The notes below the pieces were generated by a model. The model searched no databases. It was not told where the DNA came from and saw only the letters and a list, made by a program, of their open reading frames with translations. From an uncultured Desulfobacterales bacterium (GTDB lineage Bacteria; Desulfobacterota; DSM-4660; Desulfatiglandales; HGW-15), in assembly GCA_964454455.1 (NCBI GenBank), contig CAYVVQ010000004.1:1-54003 (forward strand): 54,003 nt of DNA. Reading direction: 5' to 3'. The position numbers and the translations under genes were made by a program. Numbering within the stretch: position 1 is the stretch's first letter; the number at the start of each line of letters is the position of its first letter. Positions 9,264 through 18,784 of this stretch are shown here, in pieces.

Positions 9264-10370
9264 TCAGTCCGCTTGGTTCCGATCTTCCCCGATGACATGG
9301 AGGTCCCCCAGGAACTTGAGGGTCAGGACGTCGAAGACGACCGATCCCGCGGTTTCCAGGGCCTTTCGAAAGGGGGTGTTGCGGACGTACTTCCAGCGGG
9401 GGTCGTCCGCGTTCCTCTCGGGCGTGTTCAGGTTGTGGAGCAGCGGCGCCTCGAGGTTTTCGAGGTCGGACGAGTGCACGCGGACCGAGGCCTCGCCCCC
9501 CGGGAGGACGTCGGTGAGGTAGTCGATCGCCACCTGGCCGTTGTCGAAGACGGCGGTGGTGGCCTTGCGGCCCGCCTCAAAGTGGCCGATGGTCGCGTCC
9601 GGCACGGTCTCGGCCAGGTTCCACCCGGCCAGGAGGAGGTCCTCTCCCATGCGGACCACGCTTCCCGTCGCCCCCTGGATCAGGTCGCCGAAGACCGCCT
9701 CCTTGAGCTTGGAGAAAAAGAAGCCCACCCGCTCGCCGAGCCCTTGGGGCGCGGCCTCTCCGTCCGGCCGCCAGGCCCCGAAGCTCAGGGCGCTTCCCAG
9801 GTCCAGAAAGAAGTCCTTGACCGAGCCCAAGAGACCCCGCTGCCGGGCCTCCTGAACCTGGCCGTTCTCGTCCCGGTAGTGGATCTTGGCACCGTAGAGG
9901 AGGTTGCCGAAGAAGTTCCTGATGTTGCCGACGGCGTCCTTGAGGTCCTTCCCCACCCGGCCCCAGAAGCTCTTTTGCCAGGCAGGGTCGGCCTCGTGGC
10001 GGTTTTTCTCCAGATCGTAGTGGTCTCCTCCGGGGTTGCTCAGCAGCTGCTCGTCCTTGTACTTGGCCGCGTCGCTCAGCGGGTCGGAAGGCGGCGCTGC
10101 GGGGGCCTGCTTCCCGTAAGCGCCGGCCACGGACTTGGCCGTCCGGGGGGCCTCCGGGGCCTGGGCGGCCGCCCGGGAGCCGAACGCGATCCGATCCAGG
10201 GGCGGAAGGGAGGGAACGGATTTCGCTTCGTTGGCGGGTGTGGCCCCGGTCCGGTCTGTCGCCCCCAGGAGCTGAGAGCGGAAGTTTGCTCTCCCGGCCG
10301 GTGGGGCCGGTTTCCCCGAGTTCGGGTCCTGCGTTCGGTTCGATGCGGATAAAACGTTCCGAATGTCCAT
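9264..10370 (-). CDS. Hypothetical protein (368 aa): Pro/Ala-rich, probably disordered N-terminus and a structured C-terminal half
   Basis: ATG at 10370 (MDIRNVLSASN...) with AAGGA 8 nt upstream. High-GC3 coding look. No family or signal peptide recognised. A sigma-54 promoter lies just upstream. Confidence 0.65.
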   Translation of the reverse strand: MDIRNVLSASNRTQDPNSGKPAPPAGRANFRSQLLGATDRTGATPANEAKSVPSLPPLDRIAFGSRAAAQAPEAPRTAKSVAGAYGKQAPAAPPSDPLSDAAKYKDEQLLSNPGGDHYDLEKNRHEADPAWQKSFWGRVGKDLKDAVGNIRNFFGNLLYGAKIHYRDENGQVQEARQRGLLGSVKDFFLDLGSALSFGAWRPDGEAAPQGLGERVGFFFSKLKEAVFGDLIQGATGSVVRMGEDLLLAGWNLAETVPDATIGHFEAGRKATTAVFDNGQVAIDYLTDVLPGGEASVRVHSSDLENLEAPLLHNLNTPERNADDPRWKYVRNTPFRKALETAGSVVFDVLTLKFLGDLHVIGEDRNQAD

Positions 10371-10414
10371 GAATCGATCCTTTGGTGCGGCGTGTCGGTG
10401 TCCCTTTCGAGGAA

Positions 10415-10430
10415 TGCAAGAGGCCTGCCA
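10415..10430 (-). promoter_or_regulatory. Sigma-54 (-24/-12) promoter
   Basis: The minus strand reads TGGCAG-GCCTC-TTGCA (consensus TGGCAC-N5-TTGCA) with exact GG-N10-GC spacing. It lies ~45 bp upstream of the ATG at 10370. Confidence 0.7.
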
Positions 10431-10677
10431 AATGGCAGAGGAGGAAAGGGTCAAAATCAGGGAGTGAAATCGGGGAGTCAGGCCGCTTTTTCGGGAAAGG
10501 CAGCGGGGATGGGAACAAATTGCCGCCCCGAAGCCGCGGATTTTTCCTCCCTGCAGCGCAGCGTTGAAAAACCGTTGAGTTCAGGGGCTGTCTTGTCTTA
10601 TCCTTTCCATCATTCTTTCAGTGCGCAGACGCTCTGAACGGGCGGCTGTGTGGAAACCGCATTCGAGGAGGGAGACC

Positions 10678-11244
10678 GTGCTCAGATATTGGATGTCCCT
10701 GATGATCGTTGTGCCGCTGCTGGCCTCGCCGGCCCCGGCCGTGGAGATCGGCGGTGCGAGCCTGCCCGACAGCCTGACCGTGGAGGACCGGGATCTGGTC
10801 CTGAACGGGGCGGGGCTCCGGAAGAAGTTCTTCGTCAAGGTCTACGCCATGGGGCTCTATCTGACCGAGAAGATGCAGGATCCCGAGCGGATCATCCAGG
10901 CGGACGAGCCCATGGCCGCCCGGATGCATTTCATCTACGACGGGGTCTCCTCGGAGGACCTGGTGGATGCCTGGCAGGAGGGGTTCGAGAACGCCGCCGG
11001 CGGCGGGGATCTGGGAGCCTTACGGGAGCGCGTGGAGACCTTCAATGGGTACTTCACCGGCGAGGCGGCGGAGGGCGACGTGTACGAGTTCATCTATCTC
11101 CCCGGGGAGGGCGTCCTGACCGTCCTCGATGGAGAGGTGGCCGGGACCCTCCCGGGCCTGGACTTCAAGCAGGCCCTGTTCCGCATCTGGCTGGGGGAGG
11201 AGCCGGCCGATGCCACCCTCAAGCAGGGCATGCTGGGCCGTTAG
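10678..11244 (+). CDS. Chalcone-isomerase-like family protein, secreted
   Basis: LVLNGAGLRKKFFVKVYAMGLYL is typical of the bacterial CHI-like family. Signal peptide LRYWMSLMIVVPLLASPAPA. GTG at 10678 has GGAGGGAG upstream; ATG at 10693 is an alternative start. Confidence 0.65.
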   Translation: MLRYWMSLMIVVPLLASPAPAVEIGGASLPDSLTVEDRDLVLNGAGLRKKFFVKVYAMGLYLTEKMQDPERIIQADEPMAARMHFIYDGVSSEDLVDAWQEGFENAAGGGDLGALRERVETFNGYFTGEAAEGDVYEFIYLPGEGVLTVLDGEVAGTLPGLDFKQALFRIWLGEEPADATLKQGMLGR

Positions 11245-11253
11245 CGGAGTGCG

Positions 11254-12018
11254 ATGAGCCGTTCGTGGGAAAAGGCGGAATGGAAAGCTTCGTGGCCGGC
11301 GGTCGTTCTCTGCCTGGGCCTGTTCGCGGTCCTCTGCGTTTCTGCTGAGGCCTCGGACCCGGAGGGGCGGTTCCAACGGCTCCGGCAGGAGATGGTGCAG
11401 GAGCAGATCGCGGAGCCGCCGGACTACCGGGACCCGGTGCGGGACCCGGAGGTGCTGGAGGCCATGCGCCGGGTCCGGCGACATCTGTTCTTGAAGCCCG
11501 CGGACCGGGACCGGGCCTATGGCGATCACCCCATCCCCATCGGCCACGGCCAGACCATCTCCCAGCCCTACATCGTGGCCCTGATGACGGAGATGCTCGA
11601 GGTGGAGCCGGGCCACCGGGTCCTGGAGGTGGGGACCGGCTCCGGGTACCAGGCGGCCGTGCTCGCCCACCTGGTGGACGAGGTCTACACGGTGGAGATC
11701 GTGCGAGCCCTGAGCGAGGCCGCGGCGGAGCGCCTCGACCGCCTGGGGTACGACAACGTCCACGTCGAGACGGCGGACGGCTACCACGGCTGGGCCGAGC
11801 ACGCCCCGTACGACCGGATCATCGTCACCGCGGCGGCGAGCCTGGTGCCTCCGCCCCTGATCCGACAGCTCAAGCCCGGCGGGCGCATGTGCATCCCCGT
11901 GGGAGGGCAGTACGCGGTCCAGCACCTCACGCTGGTGGAGAAGGCCGAGGACGGCCGCGTCACCATGCGGAAGGCGCTGCCGGTCCGCTTCGTCCCCCTG
12001 ACCCGCAAGCAGCAGTAG
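11254..12018 (+). CDS. pcm: Protein-L-isoaspartate O-methyltransferase
   Basis: GQTISQPYIVALMTE...VLEVGTGSGYQAAVLA...YDRIIVTAAA...LKPGGRMCIPVG. It has an N-terminal signal-like segment. Confidence 0.9.
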   Translation: MSRSWEKAEWKASWPAVVLCLGLFAVLCVSAEASDPEGRFQRLRQEMVQEQIAEPPDYRDPVRDPEVLEAMRRVRRHLFLKPADRDRAYGDHPIPIGHGQTISQPYIVALMTEMLEVEPGHRVLEVGTGSGYQAAVLAHLVDEVYTVEIVRALSEAAAERLDRLGYDNVHVETADGYHGWAEHAPYDRIIVTAAASLVPPPLIRQLKPGGRMCIPVGGQYAVQHLTLVEKAEDGRVTMRKALPVRFVPLTRKQQ

Positions 12019-12026
12019 ACGCCCCC

Positions 12027-14486
12027 ATGAACCAGGCCCCTCCCCCCGAGCCCGGGGCAAGACACGCCTTCCTGCTCTTCGCGACGTCGGCCTCGGTGCT
12101 CGCACACGAGATCCTCCTCATGCGCGTGCTCTCCTTCGCCCTCTGGCACCACTTCGCCTCCATGGTGATCAGCATGGCGCTCCTGGGGTTCGGGGCGGCG
12201 GGGTCGTTTCTCTTTCTGGCCCAGGAGCGCGTGAGGCGGGACCCGGACGGTTTCCTGGCCGCGCTCGCCGCCGGAGCGGCCCTGGCCTTTCCCGCGTCCC
12301 TGCTCCTGTTCCGGGCGTCGGGCCTGGACCCCCTGCAGCTGGTCTGGCGGCCGGGGGAGTGGCTGAGCATGACGTGGGCCTACCTGGCCCTCTCCCTGCC
12401 GTTCCTGCTCGCCGGGGGGATCACGGGAACCGTCCTCAGCCTGGCCGGCGAGCGGACGCCGCGCATGTACGCCGCGGACCTGGGAGGCGCCGGCGCCGGG
12501 GTCCTGGCTGCGGTGCCGGCCCTGTATCTGGCTCCTCCGTGGATCCTGCTGCCGCCGATCGGGGTGGTGCTGCTCCTGGCCGCTCTTCCGTGCGCGCGGG
12601 CCGCGAGGTTCCCCGCCCGGACGTTCGCCGGACTCGGTCTCGCCGCAGCACTCCTCTTCGCCGGGGTTGGAACGGTCTCCCTCGCCCCGAGGATCCACGA
12701 GAGCAAGGGGCTGGCCCAGGCGCTCACCTTCCCGGACGCCCGCGTGGAGGCCGAGCGCGTGGGCCCCCTGGGCCTGGTCCACGTGGTCGGAAGCCGCTAC
12801 TTCCACCACGTGCCCGGCCTCAGCCTCCGCTACGGGGCGGTCACCGAGGCCCCTCTCCCGGAGCAGAAGGGCCTGTTCCTGGACGGCTCCGGCCCCGGGA
12901 GCATCACCCGCTACACGGGGGAGCGGGGGGAGACCCTCCACCTGGACTACACCACCCGGGCGCTGCCCTTTCACGTGCGCCGGCCCGGCCGGGTCCTGGC
13001 GGTGGGCGCGGGCGGCGGGAGCGACGTGCTCCTGGCGCTTCATCACGGCGTGCCGGAGATCGACGCCCTGGAGGCCAACCCCCAGGTGGCCTCCGTGATG
13101 ACCGGGCCCATGTCGGCCTACGCCGGTCGGCCGTACGAGCGCCCCGACGTGCGGCTGATCGTGGAGGAGGCCCGGCGATACCTCCGGGCCTCATACGAAC
13201 GGTACGACCTGATCCAGCTCTCCCCGGCGGGCTCTTTCGGCGCGGCGTCCGGAGGGCTGCATGCGACGGCCGAGGCCTACCTCTTTACGGTCGAGGCCTT
13301 CGAGGCCGCTCTGAACCGGCTGCGGGAGGGCGGGATGCTCTCGGTCACCTGCTACCTCAAGGTCCCGCCCCGGGACTCCCTCCGTGTCCTCGCCACGGCC
13401 CTGGAGGCGCTCCGGCGCTCGGGCGCGGCCCGGCCCGGGCGCAACGTCCTCTTCATCCGGAGCTGGAACACAGCCACGGTGGTGGCCTCGAAGGTTCCTT
13501 TCACCCCCCTCGAGGCGGCCGCGGCCGCGGCCTTCTGCGACGAGCGGAGCTTCGACACCGTCCACTATCCGGGCATGCCGCCGGACCGGGCCAACCGCTA
13601 CGACATCCAGCCCCGTCCCTGGTTCCACGAGGGGGCTGCGGCCCTCGCCGGGCCGGAACCGGATACGTTCCTGGAGGCCTACCTCTACGACGTGGCTCCG
13701 CGGACCGACGACCGGCCCTACTTCTCCCGGTTCCTCCGGTGGGACCGGGCGGGGGAGCTGTTTGGCCACCTTCGCCGGGAGTGGCTGCCCCGGGTCGAGT
13801 CGGGCTACGTCTTTCTCCTGGCCACCCTGGTCCAGGCCGGCGTGGCCGGGGTCGCCTTGATCCTCCTGCCGCTTCTCTTCCTGGGGAGGCCCGGTACGCG
13901 GGAAAGGGGCGGGCCGCCCCGCGGTCCGGGCCGCTTCCGGGTCCTGGTCTACTTCGCGTTCCCGGGGTTGGGGTTCATGTTCTTCGAGATGGCGCTCATT
14001 CCCAAGTTCACGCTCCTCCTGGCCCACCCGGTGTACGCGGCGGCCGTGGTCCTGGGCACGGTCCTGGTGTTCGCCGGCCTGGGGAGCCTCTCGCTGCCCC
14101 GCCTGGGGAACCGGGGGAGCCGGATCCTCTGGATCGGAGTGGTGTGCCTGGGGCTCTGGCTGGGGTTCATGATGCTGGCCGGGGACCGGATGATCCAGAC
14201 GGCCCTCGCCTGGTCCGTCCCCGCGCGCCTGGCCGCCACCGTGGGATGCCTGGCCGTCCCGGCCTTTCTCCTGGGGTGGCCCTTCCCCCTGGGTCTCCGC
14301 GAGGTTGCCAGGTTTCGGCCGCGCCTCGCGCCTTGGGCCTGGGGCGTAAACGGGTGCGCGTCGGTGATGGGGGCGGTGCTGGGGAAAATCCTGGCCATGG
14401 ACCTGGGGTTTCAGGCGGTCATGGCTGCGGCCTGGGGGCTCTACCTCCTCGCCGCCGGGTCCTTTCCCGGAGCCAAGGAGGAATAA
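12027..14486 (+). CDS. Polytopic membrane protein with a spermidine-synthase-like (SpeE/class I MTase fold) domain
   Basis: ATG at 12027 (MNQAPPPEPGARHAFLLF...). Multiple TM helices lie on both sides of a soluble domain with RVLAVGAGGGSDVLLAL...YDLIQLS. Confidence 0.6.
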   Translation: MNQAPPPEPGARHAFLLFATSASVLAHEILLMRVLSFALWHHFASMVISMALLGFGAAGSFLFLAQERVRRDPDGFLAALAAGAALAFPASLLLFRASGLDPLQLVWRPGEWLSMTWAYLALSLPFLLAGGITGTVLSLAGERTPRMYAADLGGAGAGVLAAVPALYLAPPWILLPPIGVVLLLAALPCARAARFPARTFAGLGLAAALLFAGVGTVSLAPRIHESKGLAQALTFPDARVEAERVGPLGLVHVVGSRYFHHVPGLSLRYGAVTEAPLPEQKGLFLDGSGPGSITRYTGERGETLHLDYTTRALPFHVRRPGRVLAVGAGGGSDVLLALHHGVPEIDALEANPQVASVMTGPMSAYAGRPYERPDVRLIVEEARRYLRASYERYDLIQLSPAGSFGAASGGLHATAEAYLFTVEAFEAALNRLREGGMLSVTCYLKVPPRDSLRVLATALEALRRSGAARPGRNVLFIRSWNTATVVASKVPFTPLEAAAAAAFCDERSFDTVHYPGMPPDRANRYDIQPRPWFHEGAAALAGPEPDTFLEAYLYDVAPRTDDRPYFSRFLRWDRAGELFGHLRREWLPRVESGYVFLLATLVQAGVAGVALILLPLLFLGRPGTRERGGPPRGPGRFRVLVYFAFPGLGFMFFEMALIPKFTLLLAHPVYAAAVVLGTVLVFAGLGSLSLPRLGNRGSRILWIGVVCLGLWLGFMMLAGDRMIQTALAWSVPARLAATVGCLAVPAFLLGWPFPLGLREVARFRPRLAPWAWGVNGCASVMGAVLGKILAMDLGFQAVMAAAWGLYLLAAGSFPGAKEE

Positions 14487-14549
14487 GGCCCCGTATTTGA
14501 TTTTCTTTTGGGGATCGCTCTGGTATGTAGACGCTCGAGGTAGGGGAAC

Positions 14550-15260
14550 ATGAACGAAACCTGCGAGCCCACGAGGCCCCCGAGCTACTCCGGCCCGTTC
14601 ACCGTGCTGGTGGCCGTCTTTGTGGCCTGCCTGATCGCAGCCAACATCACGGCCGTGAAGCTCGTCTCCCTGGCCGGGTTGATCCTGCCGGCCGCCATCG
14701 TGGTCTTCCCCGTCAGCTACATCGTGGGGGACGTGCTGACCGAGGTCTACGGCTACGACCGGGCCCGGAAGGTGATCTGGCTGGGGTTCCTCTGCAACCT
14801 GCTGGTGGTCCTGGCGGTGTGGCTCGGACAGCTCCTTCCGGCGGCCCCCTTCTGGGACGGGCAGGCGGCCTACGAGCGTATCCTGGGGTACGCGCCTCGA
14901 ATCCTTCTCGCCTCCTTCCTGGCCTACCTGGTGGGGGAGTTCGCCAACGCCTACGTCCTGGCGCGGATGAAGATCGCCACGCGGGGACGGTGGCTCTGGA
15001 CGCGGACCATCGGCTCCACCCTGGTGGGGCAGGGTCTGGACTCCCTGGTGTTCATGACCGCGGCCTTTGCCGGCGTCATCCCGGTCCGGGCCCTGCTCGG
15101 GGCTGTGGTGGTCCAGTGGCTCGCCAAGTCGGCCTACGAGGCGGCGGCAACGCCCCTCACCTACCTGGTGGTGGGGCGCCTCAAGCGGCGGGAAGGCCTG
15201 GACGTCTACGACCACGGCACGCGGTTCAACCCGCTCCTGGTCTCCAGGCAGCGTTTCTGA
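14550..15260 (+). CDS. yhhQ: Queuosine-precursor transporter (YhhQ/DUF165 family)
   Basis: 236 aa polytopic protein with the VFPVSYIVGDVLTEVYGY motif characteristic of YhhQ. Confidence 0.8.
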   Translation: MNETCEPTRPPSYSGPFTVLVAVFVACLIAANITAVKLVSLAGLILPAAIVVFPVSYIVGDVLTEVYGYDRARKVIWLGFLCNLLVVLAVWLGQLLPAAPFWDGQAAYERILGYAPRILLASFLAYLVGEFANAYVLARMKIATRGRWLWTRTIGSTLVGQGLDSLVFMTAAFAGVIPVRALLGAVVVQWLAKSAYEAAATPLTYLVVGRLKRREGLDVYDHGTRFNPLLVSRQRF

Positions 15261-15297
15261 TCGGGCGGGCTCCTTGGGCGATCGGGGGACGGCTCCC

Positions 15298-16461
15298 ATG
15301 TTCGAAGACGAAGCGGTTCCGGCGCGATACGACGTCGCCGTGATCGGCGGAGGGCCCGCCGGTGCGGCGGCCGGCCTGCGCCTGGCGCAACAAGGCGTCC
15401 GGGTGGGCATCTTCGAGAAGGAGCCCCTGCCGAGATACAAGCCGTGCGGGGGCGGGGTGACCGCCCGGGCCATGGAGATCCTCCCCGCGGAGGCGGCGGG
15501 GACCATCGAGCGGACCTGCCGAATGGTCGCGCTGGACCTGGGACCGGAGCGGCTCCGGTTCGCGGTGCAGAGGCGCGAGGACCTGCTGGGCATGGTGATG
15601 CGCGACCGCTTCGACGCGGCGCTCCTCACGGCGGCCCGGGAGGCCGGCGCCCGTGTCCATCCGGCCTGCCGGGTGACCGGGCTTCGACCCGAAGGAGAGA
15701 GCGTCCATCTGGAGACGAGCCGCGGAGAGACCGCCTGCCGGTTCGTGGTGGCCGCCGATGGGGCCTTGGGCAGGACCGCCGGCCTGGCCGGGTGGCCCGA
15801 GACCCGCAGGCTCGCGCGGGCCGTGGAGCTGGAGCTGGCGGCGGACGAAGGAGACCGGAACGGTCCGGACGATGAAGCCCGGTTCGACTTCGGATTCGTC
15901 CCGGGCGGATACGCCTGGATCTTTCCCAAGCGGGACCACCTCTCCGTGGGCGTGGGCGTCTTTCGAAGAAACGGGGCCGCCCGGCTGGGGGGGCGCCTGC
16001 GGGAGTATTTGGTTCGCCGCGGGCTGGAAGGGCGGCGTGAGATCCGGCGCCAGGGGGGCACGATCCCGGTCTCCCCGCGGGGGGACGGGTTCGTGCGGAA
16101 TCGCGTCCTGCTGGCGGGAGATGCGGCCGGCCTGGCCGATCCCCTGACCGGGGAGGGGATCTACGGTGCGCTGACGAGCGGCCTCCTGGCGGCCGAGGCC
16201 CTGGCGGCGGGGGAGCTCAGAGAGTTGGCCGTACGGGAGACCTACGAGGCCGGCCTTCGGAAACGGATCCTGGGGGAGCTTTCCCTGGGCCGCGGGCTCG
16301 CCGGGTTTTTCTACGGCTGGCCCCGAGTGCGGAACGGGCTGTTCGCCCTCTGCGGGCAGTCCCTTGCAGAGGCCGTGGCGCTGGTGGTCCTGGGCCGGAA
16401 GGGGTACGGGGAGCTCCTGGGGGATCCGGAAAACTACCTTCGGCTCTTGAGAAGACGATAG
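15298..16461 (+). CDS. Geranylgeranyl-reductase-family FAD oxidoreductase
   Basis: ATG at 15298. YDVAVIGGGPAGAAAG FAD motif, KPCGGGV, LLAGDAAGLADPLTGEGI. Confidence 0.8.
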   Translation: MFEDEAVPARYDVAVIGGGPAGAAAGLRLAQQGVRVGIFEKEPLPRYKPCGGGVTARAMEILPAEAAGTIERTCRMVALDLGPERLRFAVQRREDLLGMVMRDRFDAALLTAAREAGARVHPACRVTGLRPEGESVHLETSRGETACRFVVAADGALGRTAGLAGWPETRRLARAVELELAADEGDRNGPDDEARFDFGFVPGGYAWIFPKRDHLSVGVGVFRRNGAARLGGRLREYLVRRGLEGRREIRRQGGTIPVSPRGDGFVRNRVLLAGDAAGLADPLTGEGIYGALTSGLLAAEALAAGELRELAVRETYEAGLRKRILGELSLGRGLAGFFYGWPRVRNGLFALCGQSLAEAVALVVLGRKGYGELLGDPENYLRLLRRR

Positions 16462-16534
16462 CCATCGGGCGGACGCCCATGACGTTGATTTGCGCCATCC
16501 GGTGACCGGGACCGGGACGCGCAGGGATCGTGGA

Positions 16535-16571
16535 GACAAAAAAGGCGAGGAAGGCCTCGGCCTCCCTCGCC
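16535..16571 (-). terminator. Rho-independent terminator after the mini-ORF
   Basis: Stem GGCGAGGAAGGCC/GGCCTCCCTCGCC (16544-16571). On the minus strand it is followed by TTTTTTGT. Confidence 0.6.
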
Positions 16572-16607
16572 GGATTCCCGTCTTCGATTTTCGGCGGGTT
16601 CCGTTCG

Positions 16608-16691
16608 TTACTTTTTCCCGCAGGCGTACCCGATCCCCACGAGAAAGCTGAGGGCGAACAGGAGCCCCAGACCCAGAGAGACGAATTCCAT
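16608..16691 (-). CDS. Candidate 27-aa hydrophobic membrane peptide
   Basis: MEFVSLGLGLLFALSFLVGIGYACGKK. AAAGGAGG lies ~9 nt upstream of the ATG and a terminator ~40 nt downstream. It is too short for the ORF track. Confidence 0.45.
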   Translation of the reverse strand: MEFVSLGLGLLFALSFLVGIGYACGKK

Positions 16692-17023
16692 TGGACCGTG
16701 TCCTCCTTTTGCCGGCAGATATTCCTCCATCGGCACAACCTAAGAAGGCCTTGAGAAAAATCAACCCAAAGACCGTTCCCGATCGCGGGCAGGGAACGGC
16801 GCACGTTGCACCACCCCGTCGTGCTTGTCAAGGAGTTATTCCGGCCAGGCAAAGGGCCCGGCTCCGCCCCCTCGTATCACAGGGCGTTGCGGACCGCCAG
16901 CGGGCGCTTCCGGATGTATTCTTTTCTTCCTCCGCGATTTCCGCTATAGTTTTCCCACCACCAACCGCAACGGCGGCGGCCGGGCCTCACCGGTCACCGG
17001 CACAACGGCGGGGTACGAGCGAC

Positions 17024-18571
17024 GTGACGGCAGAGCAGCCATGGCGGATCGTTCTCATCGATGACGAGGTGGACATCCGGGAGGTCCTGAGCTTCTCCCT
17101 TCGGGACGCCGGCTACGAGGTGGCCGCGGCCCCCGACGGGGAGGCGGGCCTGAGGCTCTGTGACGAGCTCGACCCGCAGATCCTGATCACGGACATCCGC
17201 ATGCCGGGCATGGACGGCCTCCAGGTCCTGGAGGCCGTCAAGAAGTCCCATCCGCAGATCGAGGTGATCGTGGCCACCGCCTACGGCGAGATGGACATCG
17301 CCATTCGCGCGCTCCAGCTCGACGCATCCGATTTCATCACCAAGCCCGTGGGCGACGAGGCCCTTCATCTGGCCCTCCGGCGGGCACGCGAGCGATACGC
17401 GGCGAGGCGTCAGCTCGCCGACTACACCCTGCTCCTCGAGCAGGAGAATGTGGAGACCACGCGGGAGCTGCTGGACAGCATCTCCTTTCAGCGAAGGCTC
17501 ATCGACAGCTCCATGGACGGCATCCTCGGGTGCGACCGGAGCGGAACCGTGATCACCTTCAACCGCGCCCTGGAGCAGATGCTCGGGGTGTCCCGCTACG
17601 AGGTCCTGGGCCGCCGGCGGGTCGGGGCCTTTTTCGCGGAGGAGGACCTGCGGACTCTCGAGACCGACCTGGCCGAGGACCGGTACGGGGGGCCCGGAAG
17701 GCTCTCTTTGTACGAGACGCAGATCCGGACCCTGGACGGTCAGGCCATCCCGGTTCAGGTCTCGGTCACGGAGATCCTGGAACGGGAGGTGCGGGACGGT
17801 CTGGTCTTTTTCTTGCGGGATCTCAGGGACATCCGCCGTTTGGAGCGGGAGATGGCGGACCAGGCGAAGATCCTTCACCAGGACAAGATGATGTCCCTCG
17901 GGCGGCTGGCCGCGAGCGTGGTGCACGAGATCAACAACCCCCTGTCGGGGATCCTCAACTACGCACGCCTCATGAAGCGGGTCCTGGCGAGAGGCCGGTT
18001 GACGGAGGACCAGCGGGAGAAGTTCCGGGGGTACCTGGACCTGGTGGAGAGCGAGACCGGACGGTGCAGCGGGATCGTGTCCAGTCTGCTGAGCTTTTCC
18101 CGCCGATCGAGGCCCGAGTTCACGACCGTCGACGTGAGTGAGCTGGTGGATCGCGCCGTCCTCCTGAGCCGGCACAAGCTGGAGCTTCAGGAGATCGACC
18201 TGGAGGTGGACGCGCCCGGGGACCTGCCCCCTGTTCAGGGCGACCCCAATCAGCTTCAGCAGTGTCTGATCAACCTGATCTTCAACGCCATCGACGCCAT
18301 GCCCGACGGGGGGCGGCTTGGGATCCGGGCCGCGCCGGACCCCGACAAAAAGGCCCTGATCCTCACCGTGGAGGACACGGGAGCCGGCATCGACACGGCA
18401 TCGGAGCCCCACATTTTCGAGCCGTTTTTTACCACGAAACAGGAAGGATACGGGGTGGGGCTCGGTCTCTCCACGGTGTACGGCATCGTCGAGCGCCACC
18501 ACGGCTCCGTGGAGGTGGAGAGCCGTCCCGACGGGGGGAGGACCCTCTTCACCATCCGGCTCCCGGTCTGA
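17024..18571 (+). CDS. Hybrid sensor histidine kinase (REC-PAS-HisKA-HATPase)
   Basis: REC (RIVLIDDEVD...ILITDIRMPGMDG...FITKP), a PAS domain, an H-box (LAASVVHEINNPLSGI) and N/G boxes. No in-frame ATG precedes the REC domain, so the GTG at 17024 is inferred as the start. Confidence 0.8.
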   Translation: MTAEQPWRIVLIDDEVDIREVLSFSLRDAGYEVAAAPDGEAGLRLCDELDPQILITDIRMPGMDGLQVLEAVKKSHPQIEVIVATAYGEMDIAIRALQLDASDFITKPVGDEALHLALRRARERYAARRQLADYTLLLEQENVETTRELLDSISFQRRLIDSSMDGILGCDRSGTVITFNRALEQMLGVSRYEVLGRRRVGAFFAEEDLRTLETDLAEDRYGGPGRLSLYETQIRTLDGQAIPVQVSVTEILEREVRDGLVFFLRDLRDIRRLEREMADQAKILHQDKMMSLGRLAASVVHEINNPLSGILNYARLMKRVLARGRLTEDQREKFRGYLDLVESETGRCSGIVSSLLSFSRRSRPEFTTVDVSELVDRAVLLSRHKLELQEIDLEVDAPGDLPPVQGDPNQLQQCLINLIFNAIDAMPDGGRLGIRAAPDPDKKALILTVEDTGAGIDTASEPHIFEPFFTTKQEGYGVGLGLSTVYGIVERHHGSVEVESRPDGGRTLFTIRLPV

Positions 18572-18784
18572 TCGCTGAAAGGGGTGACAACGCCGCCGGA
18601 TCCGTGTACTATTGAAGGTCGCGTTCCCCCGACCGAGTGGCCGGGGGGCGTTTCATCGGCAATCCAGGACGCCCGAAGACCGCGAATCCCTCCTCCTCCT
18701 CCTCCTGCCCCGGATCCGGCGCTGTATTTGCGGACTCTGGAACCCTTTCGAGGCGTACAGGTAACCGGGAGAGGATGCTCCACC

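Noticed and set aside
10510-10524. TGGGAACAAATTGCC as a plus-strand sigma-54 promoter for the chalcone-isomerase-like gene.
   Set aside because: The GG-to-GC spacing is one nucleotide short of the strict -24/-12 spacing.
14487-14549. preQ1 riboswitch upstream of yhhQ, a common association for this transporter.
   Set aside because: There is only a CCCC...GGGG hairpin with a 17-nt loop. I could see no preQ1-I/II-like P1 stem plus A-rich tail. A covariance-model search (Rfam preQ1 families) would be decisive.
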